A stretch of DNA of 39,614 nucleotides, taken from assembly GCA_008690995.1 (NCBI GenBank), contig VRMN01000036.1, forward strand, positions 1 to 39,614, read 5' to 3'. Below, piece after piece: positions 24,466 through 35,610 of the stretch. The translations under genes and the position numbers were made by a program. Source of the DNA: Porphyridium purpureum. Lineage: Eukaryota. Below the pieces are notes generated by a model. That model was not told where the DNA came from and did not search any database. It worked only from the letters and a program-made list of their open reading frames with translations. Positions within the stretch are counted from its first letter, which is position 1; each line of letters begins with the position of its first letter.

Positions 24466-24668
24466 GTGTTCCGCCCGTTGTGGCGCCACTTGAATCTCGT
24501 CGAACTAGACACGTGGCAAACCTCGACAGCCGTTTCTTTCTCAGGCGCAGTGTGGTAGCGGACACAAGGGGCCATTTTGAGTCTCACGCTGGCGTGGCTT
24601 CTCTCACCCTTCACATCGTTCGTGCGACGTGTCACGGGCGCCACTGGCCTTCAGCGGTGACCAGCGTC

Positions 24669-25166
24669 ATGCTAAAGCTGGCTCTAGCGCTGTTGTGTAT
24701 CGCGGGGACGTCGACTCTGTGGAAGCCCGCGGCGGGTAGTGATGCATGGCCGCTTCAGCCAATTAGGAGGAACGTGTCATGGGCACGTGTGGTGGAAGCG
24801 TTTGAGCGGCAAGAAAGCGGGGAATCATGCATGGCTTTGACAGATTCAGAATGTGCCGCAATTTGCGTGCCGCGGGATCAAGGGCTATCTGCGTTCGCGT
24901 GCGGCGACTGGTTTACGGCCTCCACATGCTGTAACGGCACAGAAGTGGAGCAATTACCATCCGGCGACTTTTTCGTGTGCTATTGCGACGACACGGGCGT
25001 CACGGGCGCCGGTATTGCCGTGATTGTGTGTAGCGTGCTGGTCGGGCTCGGCATCGTTGCGCTTGTAACTTGGTACGTCCTGCATCGAAAGAGGCGCGCG
25101 CGGAAAAAGGCCAAAGAAGAGTTTCAGATTGCAGTCGATGAAGCACTCGACTACCTGCCGCGCTAG
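24669..25166 (+). CDS. Hypothetical single-pass membrane protein with signal peptide and Cys-rich ectodomain
   Basis: MLKLALALLCIAG signal-like start; multiple Cys; TM helix IAVIVCSVLVGLGIVALVTWYVL followed by basic HRKRRARKK. Confidence 0.75.
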   Translation: MLKLALALLCIAGTSTLWKPAAGSDAWPLQPIRRNVSWARVVEAFERQESGESCMALTDSECAAICVPRDQGLSAFACGDWFTASTCCNGTEVEQLPSGDFFVCYCDDTGVTGAGIAVIVCSVLVGLGIVALVTWYVLHRKRRARKKAKEEFQIAVDEALDYLPR

Positions 25167-25387
25167 GAGCGCGTACGGCTGCGCGTGCGCGCGTTCGTGC
25201 TCTAAAACTATACGCTCGCATCCGTCGTCACGCAATCAATCAAGTAAACGTCAAACCTGAGTGACAAGACTTTCGAGCTCAGGTGCGGGGGCTCGCGCGC
25301 CTCCTTGGCGCGCGGAGGCAGGCTCGAGATTTCGCAGGAGTCGGGGCAGGAGAGTGAAAGGCGCAAGAAGTGTGGACAAAAGTGGGG

Positions 25388-26377
25388 ATGATGAGGGAGT
25401 ACAACACCAGCGACACGGGCGCGCAGAAGCTCGCACTCTTTGGCTTTGCTCTGGCTGGGACGCTTGCAGTGGTTCCTCTGCTGCAGTGGATTGGGTGCAG
25501 CGTCGCGTCCATGTTTCAGGCGAATAAGGAGGAACAGGACAAAAGAGGGCGTAGAATGGTCGACAGCGGCGCCGTAGATTGCCGTAGTCGACATTCTAGT
25601 GCGGTGAGTATGTATGAGGAGTCTTTGTTACAAGATTTAATGCTCGTGGAACCTGCACTGGCAGACGTCAACCACGCGAAGCAATGGCAGCACCATTCAA
25701 CCTCGGGTCTGAGGTTTGCGGGTCTTGTCGAGAAGATGGAAAAATTGGCGCTTGAGATGAAAGGGGTCCACCCGCCCCAAACACGGCTTTTACCACTGGA
25801 ACTGTTCCTAGACTCGGCGATCGAACTACTGCCGGTCATTCGTGGCTTTCAGGCGGGCAATATGCCACTGAATGTCGCTGAATTTCTCGAGAAGGACATA
25901 TCAAAGAATGTACGCATTGCCCGCGAAGAAAGCAAAAAGCACGGCGCGACCTACGTGCAACAACTCGTCAAGATGGAGATGGATGACGAGCTGAACAAGT
26001 TTGAGTTGAGCGGGAGCGCGACAGAGTGCTTGATGTGGCTGAAACGAACTTTCCAATTTGTGCAGAATCTCATACACGAGCTCGTCACACGTAAAGAGCC
26101 TAACCTACACAGCGCGCTGGAGAGAAGCTATGATGTGATTTATGCTCCCGTCCACCCGTTCTTTCTGCGCCCCATTGTCAAGTTGTGCTTCGGCGCGTTT
26201 CCGAGTCGTACCGCATTTTTGGAACCGCTCGGCGGAAGTGAAGGAGAGGTTATTGATGGACTGACCCGTGTCCTCACTGCGTCGAACGCGTTTTTGTACG
26301 TAATTGTGTTTTTCTTCAGAGACCTAGGCTTATCTGCGACAGACGTCCATGATGTAATTATGCAGTCGCAAGGTTGA
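25388..26377 (+). CDS. Glycolipid transfer protein (GLTP)-domain protein with N-terminal hydrophobic segment
   Basis: FLEKDISKNV, GSATECLMWLKR, YAPVHPFFLR, AFPSRTAFL. Confidence 0.85.
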   Translation: MMREYNTSDTGAQKLALFGFALAGTLAVVPLLQWIGCSVASMFQANKEEQDKRGRRMVDSGAVDCRSRHSSAVSMYEESLLQDLMLVEPALADVNHAKQWQHHSTSGLRFAGLVEKMEKLALEMKGVHPPQTRLLPLELFLDSAIELLPVIRGFQAGNMPLNVAEFLEKDISKNVRIAREESKKHGATYVQQLVKMEMDDELNKFELSGSATECLMWLKRTFQFVQNLIHELVTRKEPNLHSALERSYDVIYAPVHPFFLRPIVKLCFGAFPSRTAFLEPLGGSEGEVIDGLTRVLTASNAFLYVIVFFFRDLGLSATDVHDVIMQSQG

Positions 26378-26531
26378 TCAATTGAAGCAGTTCATGATTG
26401 AAAAGCGGACAGGCGAAAGTTTCGCATTAGCATCGAAGCGATCCGTTTCTGTGCTCCCATCGACATACTTGCCGTGAGCTCCTGCGTTTGCGCAGCCTTT
26501 TCTAGATGAAGTTTTCTCCGTTTTCCGTTCG

Positions 26532-27689
26532 TCACTCATTGGCGCGCGCTGCGTTGAAAGATTCCCACGCCTCGACCTCAGTCAGGTTGTAGCGGCGGCC
26601 GCAAAACTCACACGTAGCCTCAACCTTGCCTTGCTCTTCAAGAATTGACTTGAGCTCATCCTCATGAATCAGCGCGACTGTTCTCTTGACGCGATCCGTC
26701 GAGCACGAGCACTTGTACCGTGGCGTCGATTCCGCCAGCTGCAATGGATTCAAATCTCTCATCAGCATTTCCACAATGTCCGCTGGTGATTTGCCAGACC
26801 GAATCAATTCAGTGGGAGACATTCCCAGCTCGGCCACGTTTCGCTCAAGCAACGCAATGGTTTGCTCGTCGGCTTCTGGTAACAGCTCGACCAGAAACCC
26901 GCCCGCTGCCGAAACCACACCTTCCTTGTTCACGTACACGCCTGCACCGAGAACGGACGGCGTTTGTTCGCTGTCCAATAAATACTTGGCCACGTCCTCG
27001 GCAACTTCGCCAGACTCGATTGGTACCAAGCCAGTGTATGGGTTCTTCCAGAACGGATGATTTCTGACGCACGCCAGAATGCCTTCCCCAACTGCCTTAC
27101 CTACATCCAACTTTCCATCCTTGTTCGGGGGCAGGACTACGTGAGGATTTCCTACGTAGCCGCGCACCTCGCCCTGCCCGTTGCTCACGGCGACGATCGA
27201 ACGGATGGGGCCAGTGCATCGGAACTCGAGATTCAACGTCTCATTCGACTTTTTCCCACACGACAACAGCAGTGCGCAGACGAGCGCGCGTCCTAGAGCT
27301 GCCGAGGCCACCGGGGAAGTTTGGAACAGCGAGCAACTTCCCGCCACGAGCCCAGTCGCCCGCACGGCTTTGACAGTGACCATCCCATTCTGCGCGATGG
27401 TGCGGACCATCACGTCACCTGGAACCGCCTGGTTTAAGAACAAGTCCTGCTCGGAGATCGCGGACATCCTGGCAGATGCCGAGCCCGGGGCCACCGGCTC
27501 ATCCGCAGACGCGCGAATCGGCGCCGCTACCGCGTTCGCACGGCGTCTGCGCAGCGTCAGCCCGCGCGTCGCAGCGCTCCATTCAGCCGCGTTGCGGCGG
27601 GCCCGCCGCTGCGGCTCGACACGTCGCGTCGTCTGCGGCGCATGCGCGCTCGGGATTCCTCCCGCACCCCCGAATTCCACAAATGCCAT
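26532..27689 (-). CDS. hslO: Hsp33 (HslO-like) redox chaperone, plastid-targeted
   Basis: ALGRAL, GEVRGYV, SGEVAED, SEQTPS, AAGGFL, CSCS and CEFC zinc motifs; MAFV presequence. Confidence 0.95.
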   Translation of the reverse strand: MAFVEFGGAGGIPSAHAPQTTRRVEPQRRARRNAAEWSAATRGLTLRRRRANAVAAPIRASADEPVAPGSASARMSAISEQDLFLNQAVPGDVMVRTIAQNGMVTVKAVRATGLVAGSCSLFQTSPVASAALGRALVCALLLSCGKKSNETLNLEFRCTGPIRSIVAVSNGQGEVRGYVGNPHVVLPPNKDGKLDVGKAVGEGILACVRNHPFWKNPYTGLVPIESGEVAEDVAKYLLDSEQTPSVLGAGVYVNKEGVVSAAGGFLVELLPEADEQTIALLERNVAELGMSPTELIRSGKSPADIVEMLMRDLNPLQLAESTPRYKCSCSTDRVKRTVALIHEDELKSILEEQGKVEATCEFCGRRYNLTEVEAWESFNAARANE

Positions 27690-27950
27690 GGCGTCTTCCG
27701 TGCGTCTTCTGTGCGTCGTGCCCGCGCTCGCCACCATCCTCCTGTCCAACCGCCCACATACGCACGGCAGCCGCACGCCCATGTGACCGGCTCGACGTCT
27801 CTCTAGTAAATCGGGTCGTTTTAGCTATCAAGTCGGTACAGTTCCGGGCCGGAGATTGTGGAGCGGCAGGTTGGTGGGTAGCGGCGATGGTGGCAGTGGT
27901 GGTGGGTGGTAAGGTGTGAGAGGAGCGTCCGGCGCGCGGAAGTGATCAGC

Positions 27951-29213
27951 ATGAGGGCGCTGGCTGGGTTCGCGTGCGCGCCCACGCAGAGCTTATGCCG
28001 GGGAACGGATGGCTGGATTGCGACCGGGCGGAAAAAGTACTGCGAGACGCGTCGGCGCGGCCGTGTGGCGGGCGCTGCGGCGCGATGTGCAACGAGTCGC
28101 CGGCAGAGCAAGGCGTGGATGATGACAGCAGCTGGAGGAAGCGTAGCTCCGTCGCTGCAGGACACGGTGGCGGGGCTCGTGAAGAGTGGCAGCTTGAGTG
28201 AGTCGTACGCGGCGGTGCTCGCGCAGTGGCATGGCTCGTACCAGTCCGCCGCGCTAGAGTCTGGTATGTTCAAGCGCGCCGAGGATGGCGCCCCGGACGC
28301 AGAAGCGGTGCGCCAATTTACAGATAAGATGTTTGGAACCCTTCTGAAACTCGTCGCAAAGCAGATGAAGGATCCGTACCCGTTCGAGTCGTACCACAAA
28401 ATGCTCGTTGAGCCTTTCGATTATTATTCGTTTGGCGTGCAGTTTGCCCGCCCGCTCGTCGATTTCGCCAACTCTCAAATCCTCGGTATGGAAAACTTAC
28501 AGCGCGCCGCGCAGCAGCTCGCGAGCGGTGAGAATGTGATTTTCTTCGCAAACCATCAGAGCGAGGGCGACCCTCACGCGGTGGATGTTTTGCTGGCCGA
28601 GCTCGCCGGCTTGCCAGACTTGGCTCAAAACATGATCTTCATGGCGGGAGACCGCGTGCGCGAGGATCCCCTTGTCGTGCCCTTTTCATTGGGCCGCAAT
28701 TTGCTTACTGTGTACTCGAAGAAACACATTAACGATGTGCCGGAGCTGAGAAGCCAAAAGCAGAACCATAATCGACGGACAATCGTGGAGACGCAGAACC
28801 TGCTGGCACAAGGTGGCAAGTGCATCTGGTTCGCTCCCAGTGGCGGACGTGATCGTCGCTCGGCGGCCACGCGGAAGGTGGAAGTTGCGCCTTTTGACCC
28901 AGACGCGATCGAAATGATGCGGCTGACCGCGATGAAAGCGGCAGGTAAGCCAACGCATTTCTATACGATGGCATTGGCCACGTACGCCCTACTTCCGCCG
29001 CCGGACACCGTGGACAAGGCGTTAGGCGAAGCCCGCGTCGTCAAATTTACGCCCTTGAAGCTAGCGGTGGGATCGGAAATCGACTTGGCCACGTGCGTCC
29101 CGGAGGAGGAGGCCAAGTCACTCGATAAGCACCAGTTGCGTGTCGCACGTGCCGCGAAGATTACCGAAATAACAGCGCTCGATTACGCTGTCATTGGAGG
29201 ATACGAGCAGTAA
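27951..29213 (+). CDS. ATS1: Plastid glycerol-3-phosphate acyltransferase
   Basis: NHQSEGD, FMAGDRV, PFSLGRNLLTVYSKKH, APSGGRDR. Confidence 0.95.
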   Translation: MRALAGFACAPTQSLCRGTDGWIATGRKKYCETRRRGRVAGAAARCATSRRQSKAWMMTAAGGSVAPSLQDTVAGLVKSGSLSESYAAVLAQWHGSYQSAALESGMFKRAEDGAPDAEAVRQFTDKMFGTLLKLVAKQMKDPYPFESYHKMLVEPFDYYSFGVQFARPLVDFANSQILGMENLQRAAQQLASGENVIFFANHQSEGDPHAVDVLLAELAGLPDLAQNMIFMAGDRVREDPLVVPFSLGRNLLTVYSKKHINDVPELRSQKQNHNRRTIVETQNLLAQGGKCIWFAPSGGRDRRSAATRKVEVAPFDPDAIEMMRLTAMKAAGKPTHFYTMALATYALLPPPDTVDKALGEARVVKFTPLKLAVGSEIDLATCVPEEEAKSLDKHQLRVARAAKITEITALDYAVIGGYEQ

Positions 29214-29306
29214 ATCTGATCAGGTCTCAGTGGATGAAGCTCACAAAGTGTAAAGGGAAGAAAAAGAGAGAGAAAAAGGGCTTGCTTAGACATGCACCAA
29301 CTCGAT

Positions 29307-30341
29307 TTACAATTCAAGCAGCGCATCAACCAAAGCGGACTCTATTCGGGGCTCATTCATCTGGTCGTCACGTTCAATTGCCGTGACGCATCGTCCTCCT
29401 GTGGCGAGATCCCGTGCGCACAAATACACGACTCTGTATCGAGAATGCAGTTCGTTGGCCACAACCAAGTCGACCTTGTATTTGTCAATAGCGGTGAATG
29501 CTTTGTCTTGCAGAATTTGTGCGTCAGTTTCCAACTTGAAAGACACTAGCTTGGCATGCTGAGGTGCCCACATTTCTCTCATTCTTCCCAGGCATTTTGG
29601 AACGGGGCGCAACGTCAATTCCAAGTTGCCGTCGTGAGCCATCCGCGAGCTGTTCGCAGCACCATCCACTCTGGTTGCCCACTCCGCGTTGCTCTGAATC
29701 TTATGTTTGCTCAGCTCATCGGTCCGAATGAAGAAGTCACTCACCGCTGCAGCCAGGACGATCAGTACGCGTCCTGAATGCTCCGCCAACGCGTGCGCAG
29801 GGTCGTGCTTAAGTTCGTAGCAGATAGCGCAAAGACTCATTAAGTACTCGATGACAGAGAAATACGGCACACATAGCATTCGCGATGCGGTCCTTTTGTA
29901 GGCGTCTACGTCGTTCGCTAGCCCGGTCAGCATGCCGCTGCGCAGAGACGCAGCATCGCCGTCGGGCTCCTTTAACACGCTGACATGTTGTTCAGTGCCA
30001 TCCTGGGACACATGGAGATCACCCATAGACATTTCGCGGAGCCGAGTCGCGAATGGCGTTGGGCCCCCGCGCCGGTAGAGAAAAATTACGAGCGTGTCTT
30101 CGCGCAGCAGGATTTCCTCAGCCACGGCGCAGCCGCGCGCACCTGTGCTAAAATTATCCAGGAAGCGGACCATGTTTTCTTCCAGCGGCACGGCCGTTCC
30201 ACCCGAGCTCACCACACTAATCGTTCGAACCCTGCCGTCGTGAGAAGCGAGAAAGTCGCGCACGCGGCATGACACGCCTCGGGCAGCGCTCACGTCACGC
30301 TCGCTGGCGCCGAGCTGCTGGACGAAGACGTCATCATCCAT
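29307..30341 (-). CDS. PPCS: Phosphopantothenate--cysteine ligase
   Basis: SSGGTAVPLE..VRFLDNFSTGARG, LAAAVSDF, HKIQS, VSFKLETD, VVANEL. Confidence 0.95.
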   Translation of the reverse strand: MDDDVFVQQLGASERDVSAARGVSCRVRDFLASHDGRVRTISVVSSGGTAVPLEENMVRFLDNFSTGARGCAVAEEILLREDTLVIFLYRRGGPTPFATRLREMSMGDLHVSQDGTEQHVSVLKEPDGDAASLRSGMLTGLANDVDAYKRTASRMLCVPYFSVIEYLMSLCAICYELKHDPAHALAEHSGRVLIVLAAAVSDFFIRTDELSKHKIQSNAEWATRVDGAANSSRMAHDGNLELTLRPVPKCLGRMREMWAPQHAKLVSFKLETDAQILQDKAFTAIDKYKVDLVVANELHSRYRVVYLCARDLATGGRCVTAIERDDQMNEPRIESALVDALLEL

Positions 30342-30441
30342 CCCAAATGAACCCCTACCGTCATTTATTTCACTGCAACAGCGGTCGCTTAGACCCTGCG
30401 GGTGGATGTTTCATGTGCGTCGAGTCTGAAGTCTGGCCGTC

Positions 30442-31605
30442 TTAATCTTCAGCCGGTAGCGGGTTGGCGTAACTAGCTACGATTCCGGTCGTCAAAGTGC
30501 CCAGCACAATACCGAGCGACTGCAGTGTATCAATGTCATACCCAAAAGTGCTCGCGGCCAGCTTCGCACCGATGAAGCCAAGCACCACACCGAGGCAAGG
30601 TTGTAAGTAGCGTAGGTTTGCAACGGCGTCCTCGACCACGAAAAAGAGCGACCGAAGTCCAAGGATTGCCATGAGGTTGCTCATGTAGATGACCAATGCG
30701 CTATCGGAGATGCCCAGTACAGCCGGCACGCTGTCGAGAGCAAAAACCACATCGCTTATTTCAATGCTGATCAGACACAATAGCAGCGGCGTGCCAACGC
30801 GTTGGAGCGCTCCTGCTCCGGTGCGTCCTTCTACTGGCACCGTCGTCCAGAATTTGTCGCCGTCGTAGTGGTCGCTAAAATTCAACAGCTTCCGTGCAAA
30901 GCTTACGATCGAATTATCGCTCAAATCGTCCTCTTCGTCCTCGCCGCCCGCCACAAGGATCTTGGCCGCGGAGAAGAGCAAGAAAGCAGCAAACAGCAGC
31001 GAGACCCACGTGAAGCGATGCTCGAGCTCTTCTCCAGCCAGAATAAATATACCGCGCATGGCGGCTGCCCCGAAAATACCCCACGAAAGCACCTTTTCCT
31101 GTGCGGCGCGTTCGACCTTGAAAAAGCGGAACAGGAGCAGGAAGACAAAGAGATTGTCGACGGACAGCGAGTACTCCACAATATACGCAGTCACATACTC
31201 CACCACACGATCATACCCATACTGAAAATAAACCCCGACACCCACCGCGGACGCAAGTGCCACCCACGACAACACATTCACCAGGTCGCGCTTTTCCTTC
31301 GCGATCAGCGTCTCTTCTGTCTTGGTCGCAGCGTGCGAGTCCGGATCTTCACGCGTCATCCGCAACGCACTCCCCCGCTTCCCTGTCCTGACGCTTGCAC
31401 GACGGCTTGGCGGCAAAATCGATCCCGCATGATGATGCTGGGACAGCACACGCGTGCGCAGCGGCGCCCGTGCGTCAATACCCGTCCATCCGGGACCACT
31501 GACACTCCCTACCGCGCGTCCGCGAAGCACGCTGGTGCGCTGGCGCGCGACGACCGGCGCTCCGCAGAAGCAGTACGGGCCCGTTCCGGAAGACAACATG
31601 GTCAT
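30442..31605 (-). CDS. terC: TerC-family integral membrane protein, probably thylakoid (start 31605 or 31650)
   Basis: EYSLSVDNLFVF, IEISDVVFALDSVPA, SNLMAILGLRSLF; long Arg/Ser-rich presequence. Confidence 0.93.
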   Translation of the reverse strand: MTMLSSGTGPYCFCGAPVVARQRTSVLRGRAVGSVSGPGWTGIDARAPLRTRVLSQHHHAGSILPPSRRASVRTGKRGSALRMTREDPDSHAATKTEETLIAKEKRDLVNVLSWVALASAVGVGVYFQYGYDRVVEYVTAYIVEYSLSVDNLFVFLLLFRFFKVERAAQEKVLSWGIFGAAAMRGIFILAGEELEHRFTWVSLLFAAFLLFSAAKILVAGGEDEEDDLSDNSIVSFARKLLNFSDHYDGDKFWTTVPVEGRTGAGALQRVGTPLLLCLISIEISDVVFALDSVPAVLGISDSALVIYMSNLMAILGLRSLFFVVEDAVANLRYLQPCLGVVLGFIGAKLAASTFGYDIDTLQSLGIVLGTLTTGIVASYANPLPAED

Positions 31606-31796
31606 GGCGAACGACGTGACTCCTCGCGCGGCTTGACTTGCTCTGCACATGTGCCGCTGGAGACACGAAAAGTGCGAAGAGCGCGTGAAAAGCTGTGGTA
31701 GAATGGGTCTGTTTAGGTAGAAGGTCGGGAAGAATTGGAGTCTGGACACGGCGTCACGATGACGGTGCGGAGACGATTCAGGTGACGGCAGCGACG

Positions 31797-32888
31797 ATGA
31801 TGATGCGAGAGCAGCGGACATTGTCGCGCGTGCTGCGGTTTCATGGCATTGGATTACACAGCGGGCGTATCGCAGGCATCAAACTTTTGCCTGTGCTGCG
31901 CCCGAACTATGGCATCTGGTTGCGCCGCGTCGATATTCCGCACGCGCTCCCCATCGAGGCGAGCTGGCGAAACGTCGTGGCGGCGCCGCTGTGCACCGTG
32001 CTGGGCGATTGGGACGCGATCAGGAGAAAGAACGAGCGGCAAGCGAGTCAGAGCCCTTGCGAGATGCTCGATGCGGCCATCGCCAAACGTGCAAATACTG
32101 TGTGGACCGTCGAACACCTGCTGGCCGCTCTGCACGCCGTGCAACTGGAAAACCTTATTGTCGAAGTGGACGGCTGCGAAATCCCGATTCTAGACGGTTC
32201 ATCTTCGCTCTTTCTTCAAGCACTCGTGCAGAATCTACGCGATATTCCCTTCCCGTCGCTCAGTGCCGGCCCTGTGGAAAACAAAGACTTCTGCCCAGGC
32301 CCGCAAGAACGAGCCAAGCTACGCGTCCAGCGCTCTTTGAAAGTGCAAGGACGGTCCGGGCAGTGGGCCGAATTATCACCTCCTCCCTTGGCCGCTCAAC
32401 GCGAACTGCAAATCGAGCTCGTTATTGATTTCAGCCCACCTGCAGACAGCGGATCTGGGACAGCCGCACCGGCTTTCGAAGACAGCGAGCAGCCCTTTCA
32501 CGCGGCACAGCAGCACATTCTAGTACGCGACGCGCACCACGTGTTTGCCGAAGAGCTTTCAGCGGCACGTACATTCTGCCTGGAGAGCCAGTTGCGAGGG
32601 CTATGGAAACAAGGGCTGGCCCGGGGCGGGTCGCGGCGGAATGCCCTAGTCTTTTCGCAGAAGCGCGACGACGAGTCAGGCGCAGTGCAATTGACGCTCG
32701 AGCGTCATCAGGCCGCCCGCTTTGCGGATGAAATGGTTCGGCACAAGGCACTGGACGTTATGGGCGATTTGCGGCTGGCAGGCGGGATTCTGGCGGCAAC
32801 ATACAGAGCGAGCCAGCCAAGCCATGCGCTCAACCTCGCACTCGTCGAGAAAGTCTTTGAGAGTGGCGCAAATTATGCAGTCGTGTAG
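31797..32888 (+). CDS. lpxC: UDP-3-O-acyl-N-acetylglucosamine deacetylase
   Basis: QRTL..GIGLHSG, TVEHLLAAL, EIPILDGSS, ARTF, RFADEMVRHKALDVMGDL, SHALN. Confidence 0.93.
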   Translation: MMMREQRTLSRVLRFHGIGLHSGRIAGIKLLPVLRPNYGIWLRRVDIPHALPIEASWRNVVAAPLCTVLGDWDAIRRKNERQASQSPCEMLDAAIAKRANTVWTVEHLLAALHAVQLENLIVEVDGCEIPILDGSSSLFLQALVQNLRDIPFPSLSAGPVENKDFCPGPQERAKLRVQRSLKVQGRSGQWAELSPPPLAAQRELQIELVIDFSPPADSGSGTAAPAFEDSEQPFHAAQQHILVRDAHHVFAEELSAARTFCLESQLRGLWKQGLARGGSRRNALVFSQKRDDESGAVQLTLERHQAARFADEMVRHKALDVMGDLRLAGGILAATYRASQPSHALNLALVEKVFESGANYAVV

Positions 32889-32992
32889 AGGTTCGAGAGC
32901 GCCTTCGTTAACGCACGCAATCATGTAAATACAAATCGTTTGAGCCAAAAAGGTGAGCTGTGACCTACGCGGTCGTCCACGTTCGTGCTGTG

Positions 32993-33548
32993 ATGCCTCC
33001 GCGCGGCAGGAGCGGTAAGAAAGCGAAGCAGAAGGCGCCTCCACGCGTCAGTGTGTCTGAGGCTGAGCTGCGGGAGCTGTACGCGCTTCTGCTCGGCCGG
33101 GCGGAAGGAGCGGTCGATGGAGAAAGTGTTGGCGTCGACAGTATTCTGACGGTGAGTGCGGCGCTCGGACTCAAGTTCACACGCCAGGAGGCTCTCGAGA
33201 TGCTCGAGTTGTTCGATTCTAATAGAGACGGACAGTTGAGCTTTGAGGTGCGTGAAGACATCCCCGACTTGTTTTTAGTCAGCCCGTGCGTCACATCCGA
33301 GCTTCTCTTCCGCTGTCGGATGTAGTCTCTGATGAGCATGTGCGGGGACTTTGGGCATGCGGTAATGCCAACCGAAAGGAACACCGGTCTGACCTTGATC
33401 CACCATTTCACCATTGTGCCATGACACCATCTCCGTACCTCGCGCGTGCTCTGATTTTAACCTGTGCCGATGTTTTCACGTTTTCTTTGTGTTTGACGAC
33501 GGACAGGACTTTGCCAACGCCGCCAAGTTTGCAGAATTCTCGTCGTAA
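32993..33548 (+). CDS. Small EF-hand protein, 2 exons (32993-33247, 33507-33548)
   Basis: EF loop DSNRDGQLSFE|DF is completed by splicing GTGCGT (33248) to CAG (33506); pyrimidine tract before the acceptor. Confidence 0.75.
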
Positions 33549-33753
33549 ATCGAATGCCGTCGTGGAAACGGTGCGCTACCCTTCAGACGAAGTCGCGCGC
33601 CAGTCGGCAGCTTTTACGTCCGGTTATTCTGTTGTTTAATATCATGAGTGTAGAATTCCAACAGCCTTCTCTATGAGGTTCCTCCCGACACACACCACGC
33701 TCACACACGCCCCGAAACTGACAAAAAGAAGATGGTTTCCATGCCCTCTCTCC

Positions 33754-35610
33754 CTAAGGAGCACATGCGTTCAACGCAGTAAGCGCCTCCTTCGAAAAGT
33801 GAATGACGTCGGCGTCGGCTTCGGTACTCTCAGATAATCGCTTCAGTGCCGGGCGGATCTTACTCTCTCGCGCTTCTGCGCGCACAAACGGCGCGAGTTT
33901 GCCGAGCGTCTTGGCGGCTACAAAGCGGATGTTTGGCACTGGATCTTCGCACGCTTGGTCTGTCAGAATTGGGAGTAAGCTTTTCTCCAGCAAGTCGGAG
34001 CTCAGGACCTCGGCGAGCACGCCAACTGCGTGCAGCGCGGTCATTCTGTACAAATAGTTTGCGGAAGAACTGAAAAGAGACACTATCTTGGGAACGATAG
34101 TTTCGCGCGACCAATCATCACCAAATATCTGCGATAACTCTTTCAAGCTCTTGATGGCCGCTTCGCGAATCGAAAAGACGCAATCCCCGAGCCAATTCAG
34201 ACACAAGTCACCTAGATTCATTTCATCCTGGAACACCTCGCGCCCGAGCTGCTTGGCGAGCAGTGGAATATGCTCCACGATTGCAAGGCGCACGCGCCAA
34301 TTGCGGTCTTCGGCTAGCTCAACGATTGCAGGTAACAGCTCACTTGACAGACGGTCAATACCCATCATCAGTGACACCTTGTCCAGCCTTGAAATCACGT
34401 TCAGACGCACATCCGGAAACTCGTCCTTAAGAAGCACTAGGACGAGTTCAAGAACGTCTCTCACTGTGATTTCCAGTCCTACTTCAGGCGCGAGCCCCAT
34501 CACGTTTGAAGCAAACGCCGCACGAGCATGCTGTGAAGGGTCTGTCACAAGCTCCCGGATCGCGGGTAAGACCTCTCTAACCACCAAGTCCTTCCCACCA
34601 AGCTTATTTGTGTCAGAGGGCGTTTGGACCACTAACCGCGTCATTTCCGTCACTTTAAAAGCTGCAGCCGTGCGCACTTCAGCCTCGCCGTCCTTAATCA
34701 GGCGAATCAAAACCGGTAGAAAGTCGTCGCGTGTCGCAACAGGACCAAACGCCTCGCAGATCGACACAAGTTTGTCCGCCATCATGTATCGGACACGCCA
34801 CGACTTGTCATTCACAAAGTTGCAGACAATAGGCAACATGACTTCGTTCCTCACTTCATCACTGACGCTCGAGCAAAACAGCGCACTGTTCTCAACTGTG
34901 AGCAGACGCACCGAGTCCTGCTCGTCATCGGCGAGCTCCTGGAACACCGGCACAATCTCCTTCTCCACCCACGCGCGATCGTGCGCGGCACACGCCGACG
35001 CCAGCGCACCGAGCGCGCTGGACGCCGCGCGACGGACCATGGGCGTTTCGTCCCTAGCCATGGCTTGGAATAACGTGAGCACCTCAAACTTGAGATCCTC
35101 GCGGTCCGACGAAATATTCTTGAACACCGTCGCAACGAGCGCGCACGCCGAGATGCGCGACGTGAACCAGTCGCCCTGCGCAAGCCGCTTGATCAGCGGA
35201 AACATCTGGTTGACATGCATGTCTCTGCCGTGGTCTGTGGCGGTCGTGGCGACCAAATCGGAGATGTGCCTGAGCGAGTCGACCGCCAAATCTCGCACAA
35301 TCGTTTCCTCGACCGCCGACAAAATCTCTAGCGGCTGCAGCAACACGCCCGCATAGTCTGGGCCGCCGACAAACTCGACGAACTTGTCGAGCTGTTCCGC
35401 GAGCGCCATCAGCACCTCATCCTCGTCGTCGATCGTCTCCGTGAGAAACGGAATGAGCTCGCAGCGCGTCCTCTCGGTCCCCAGCGCGGCCGCGATCGTG
35501 GGGAGCCGCCGCGTTGCGTTCAATCGCAGCTGCACATCCTCGTTCTTGAGCTCGTCAAGCAGCACCGCGATCGGGTACAGCGCGTCCTCGACCTCCTCTC
35601 CCGCACTCAT
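33754..35610 (-). CDS. PPP2R1A: Protein phosphatase 2A scaffold (A) subunit, HEAT repeats
   Basis: [57 protein letters not shown]. Confidence 0.97.
   Translation of the reverse strand: MSAGEEVEDALYPIAVLLDELKNEDVQLRLNATRRLPTIAAALGTERTRCELIPFLTETIDDEDEVLMALAEQLDKFVEFVGGPDYAGVLLQPLEILSAVEETIVRDLAVDSLRHISDLVATTATDHGRDMHVNQMFPLIKRLAQGDWFTSRISACALVATVFKNISSDREDLKFEVLTLFQAMARDETPMVRRAASSALGALASACAAHDRAWVEKEIVPVFQELADDEQDSVRLLTVENSALFCSSVSDEVRNEVMLPIVCNFVNDKSWRVRYMMADKLVSICEAFGPVATRDDFLPVLIRLIKDGEAEVRTAAAFKVTEMTRLVVQTPSDTNKLGGKDLVVREVLPAIRELVTDPSQHARAAFASNVMGLAPEVGLEITVRDVLELVLVLLKDEFPDVRLNVISRLDKVSLMMGIDRLSSELLPAIVELAEDRNWRVRLAIVEHIPLLAKQLGREVFQDEMNLGDLCLNWLGDCVFSIREAAIKSLKELSQIFGDDWSRETIVPKIVSLFSSSANYLYRMTALHAVGVLAEVLSSDLLEKSLLPILTDQACEDPVPNIRFVAAKTLGKLAPFVRAEARESKIRPALKRLSESTEADADVIHFSKEALTALNACAP

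Noticed and set aside
34088..35356. 422-aa ORF antisense to PP2A-A, and similar antisense ORFs over TerC, UFC1 and CSB
   Set aside because: Low-complexity Ser/Arg-rich mirror frames of conserved genes.
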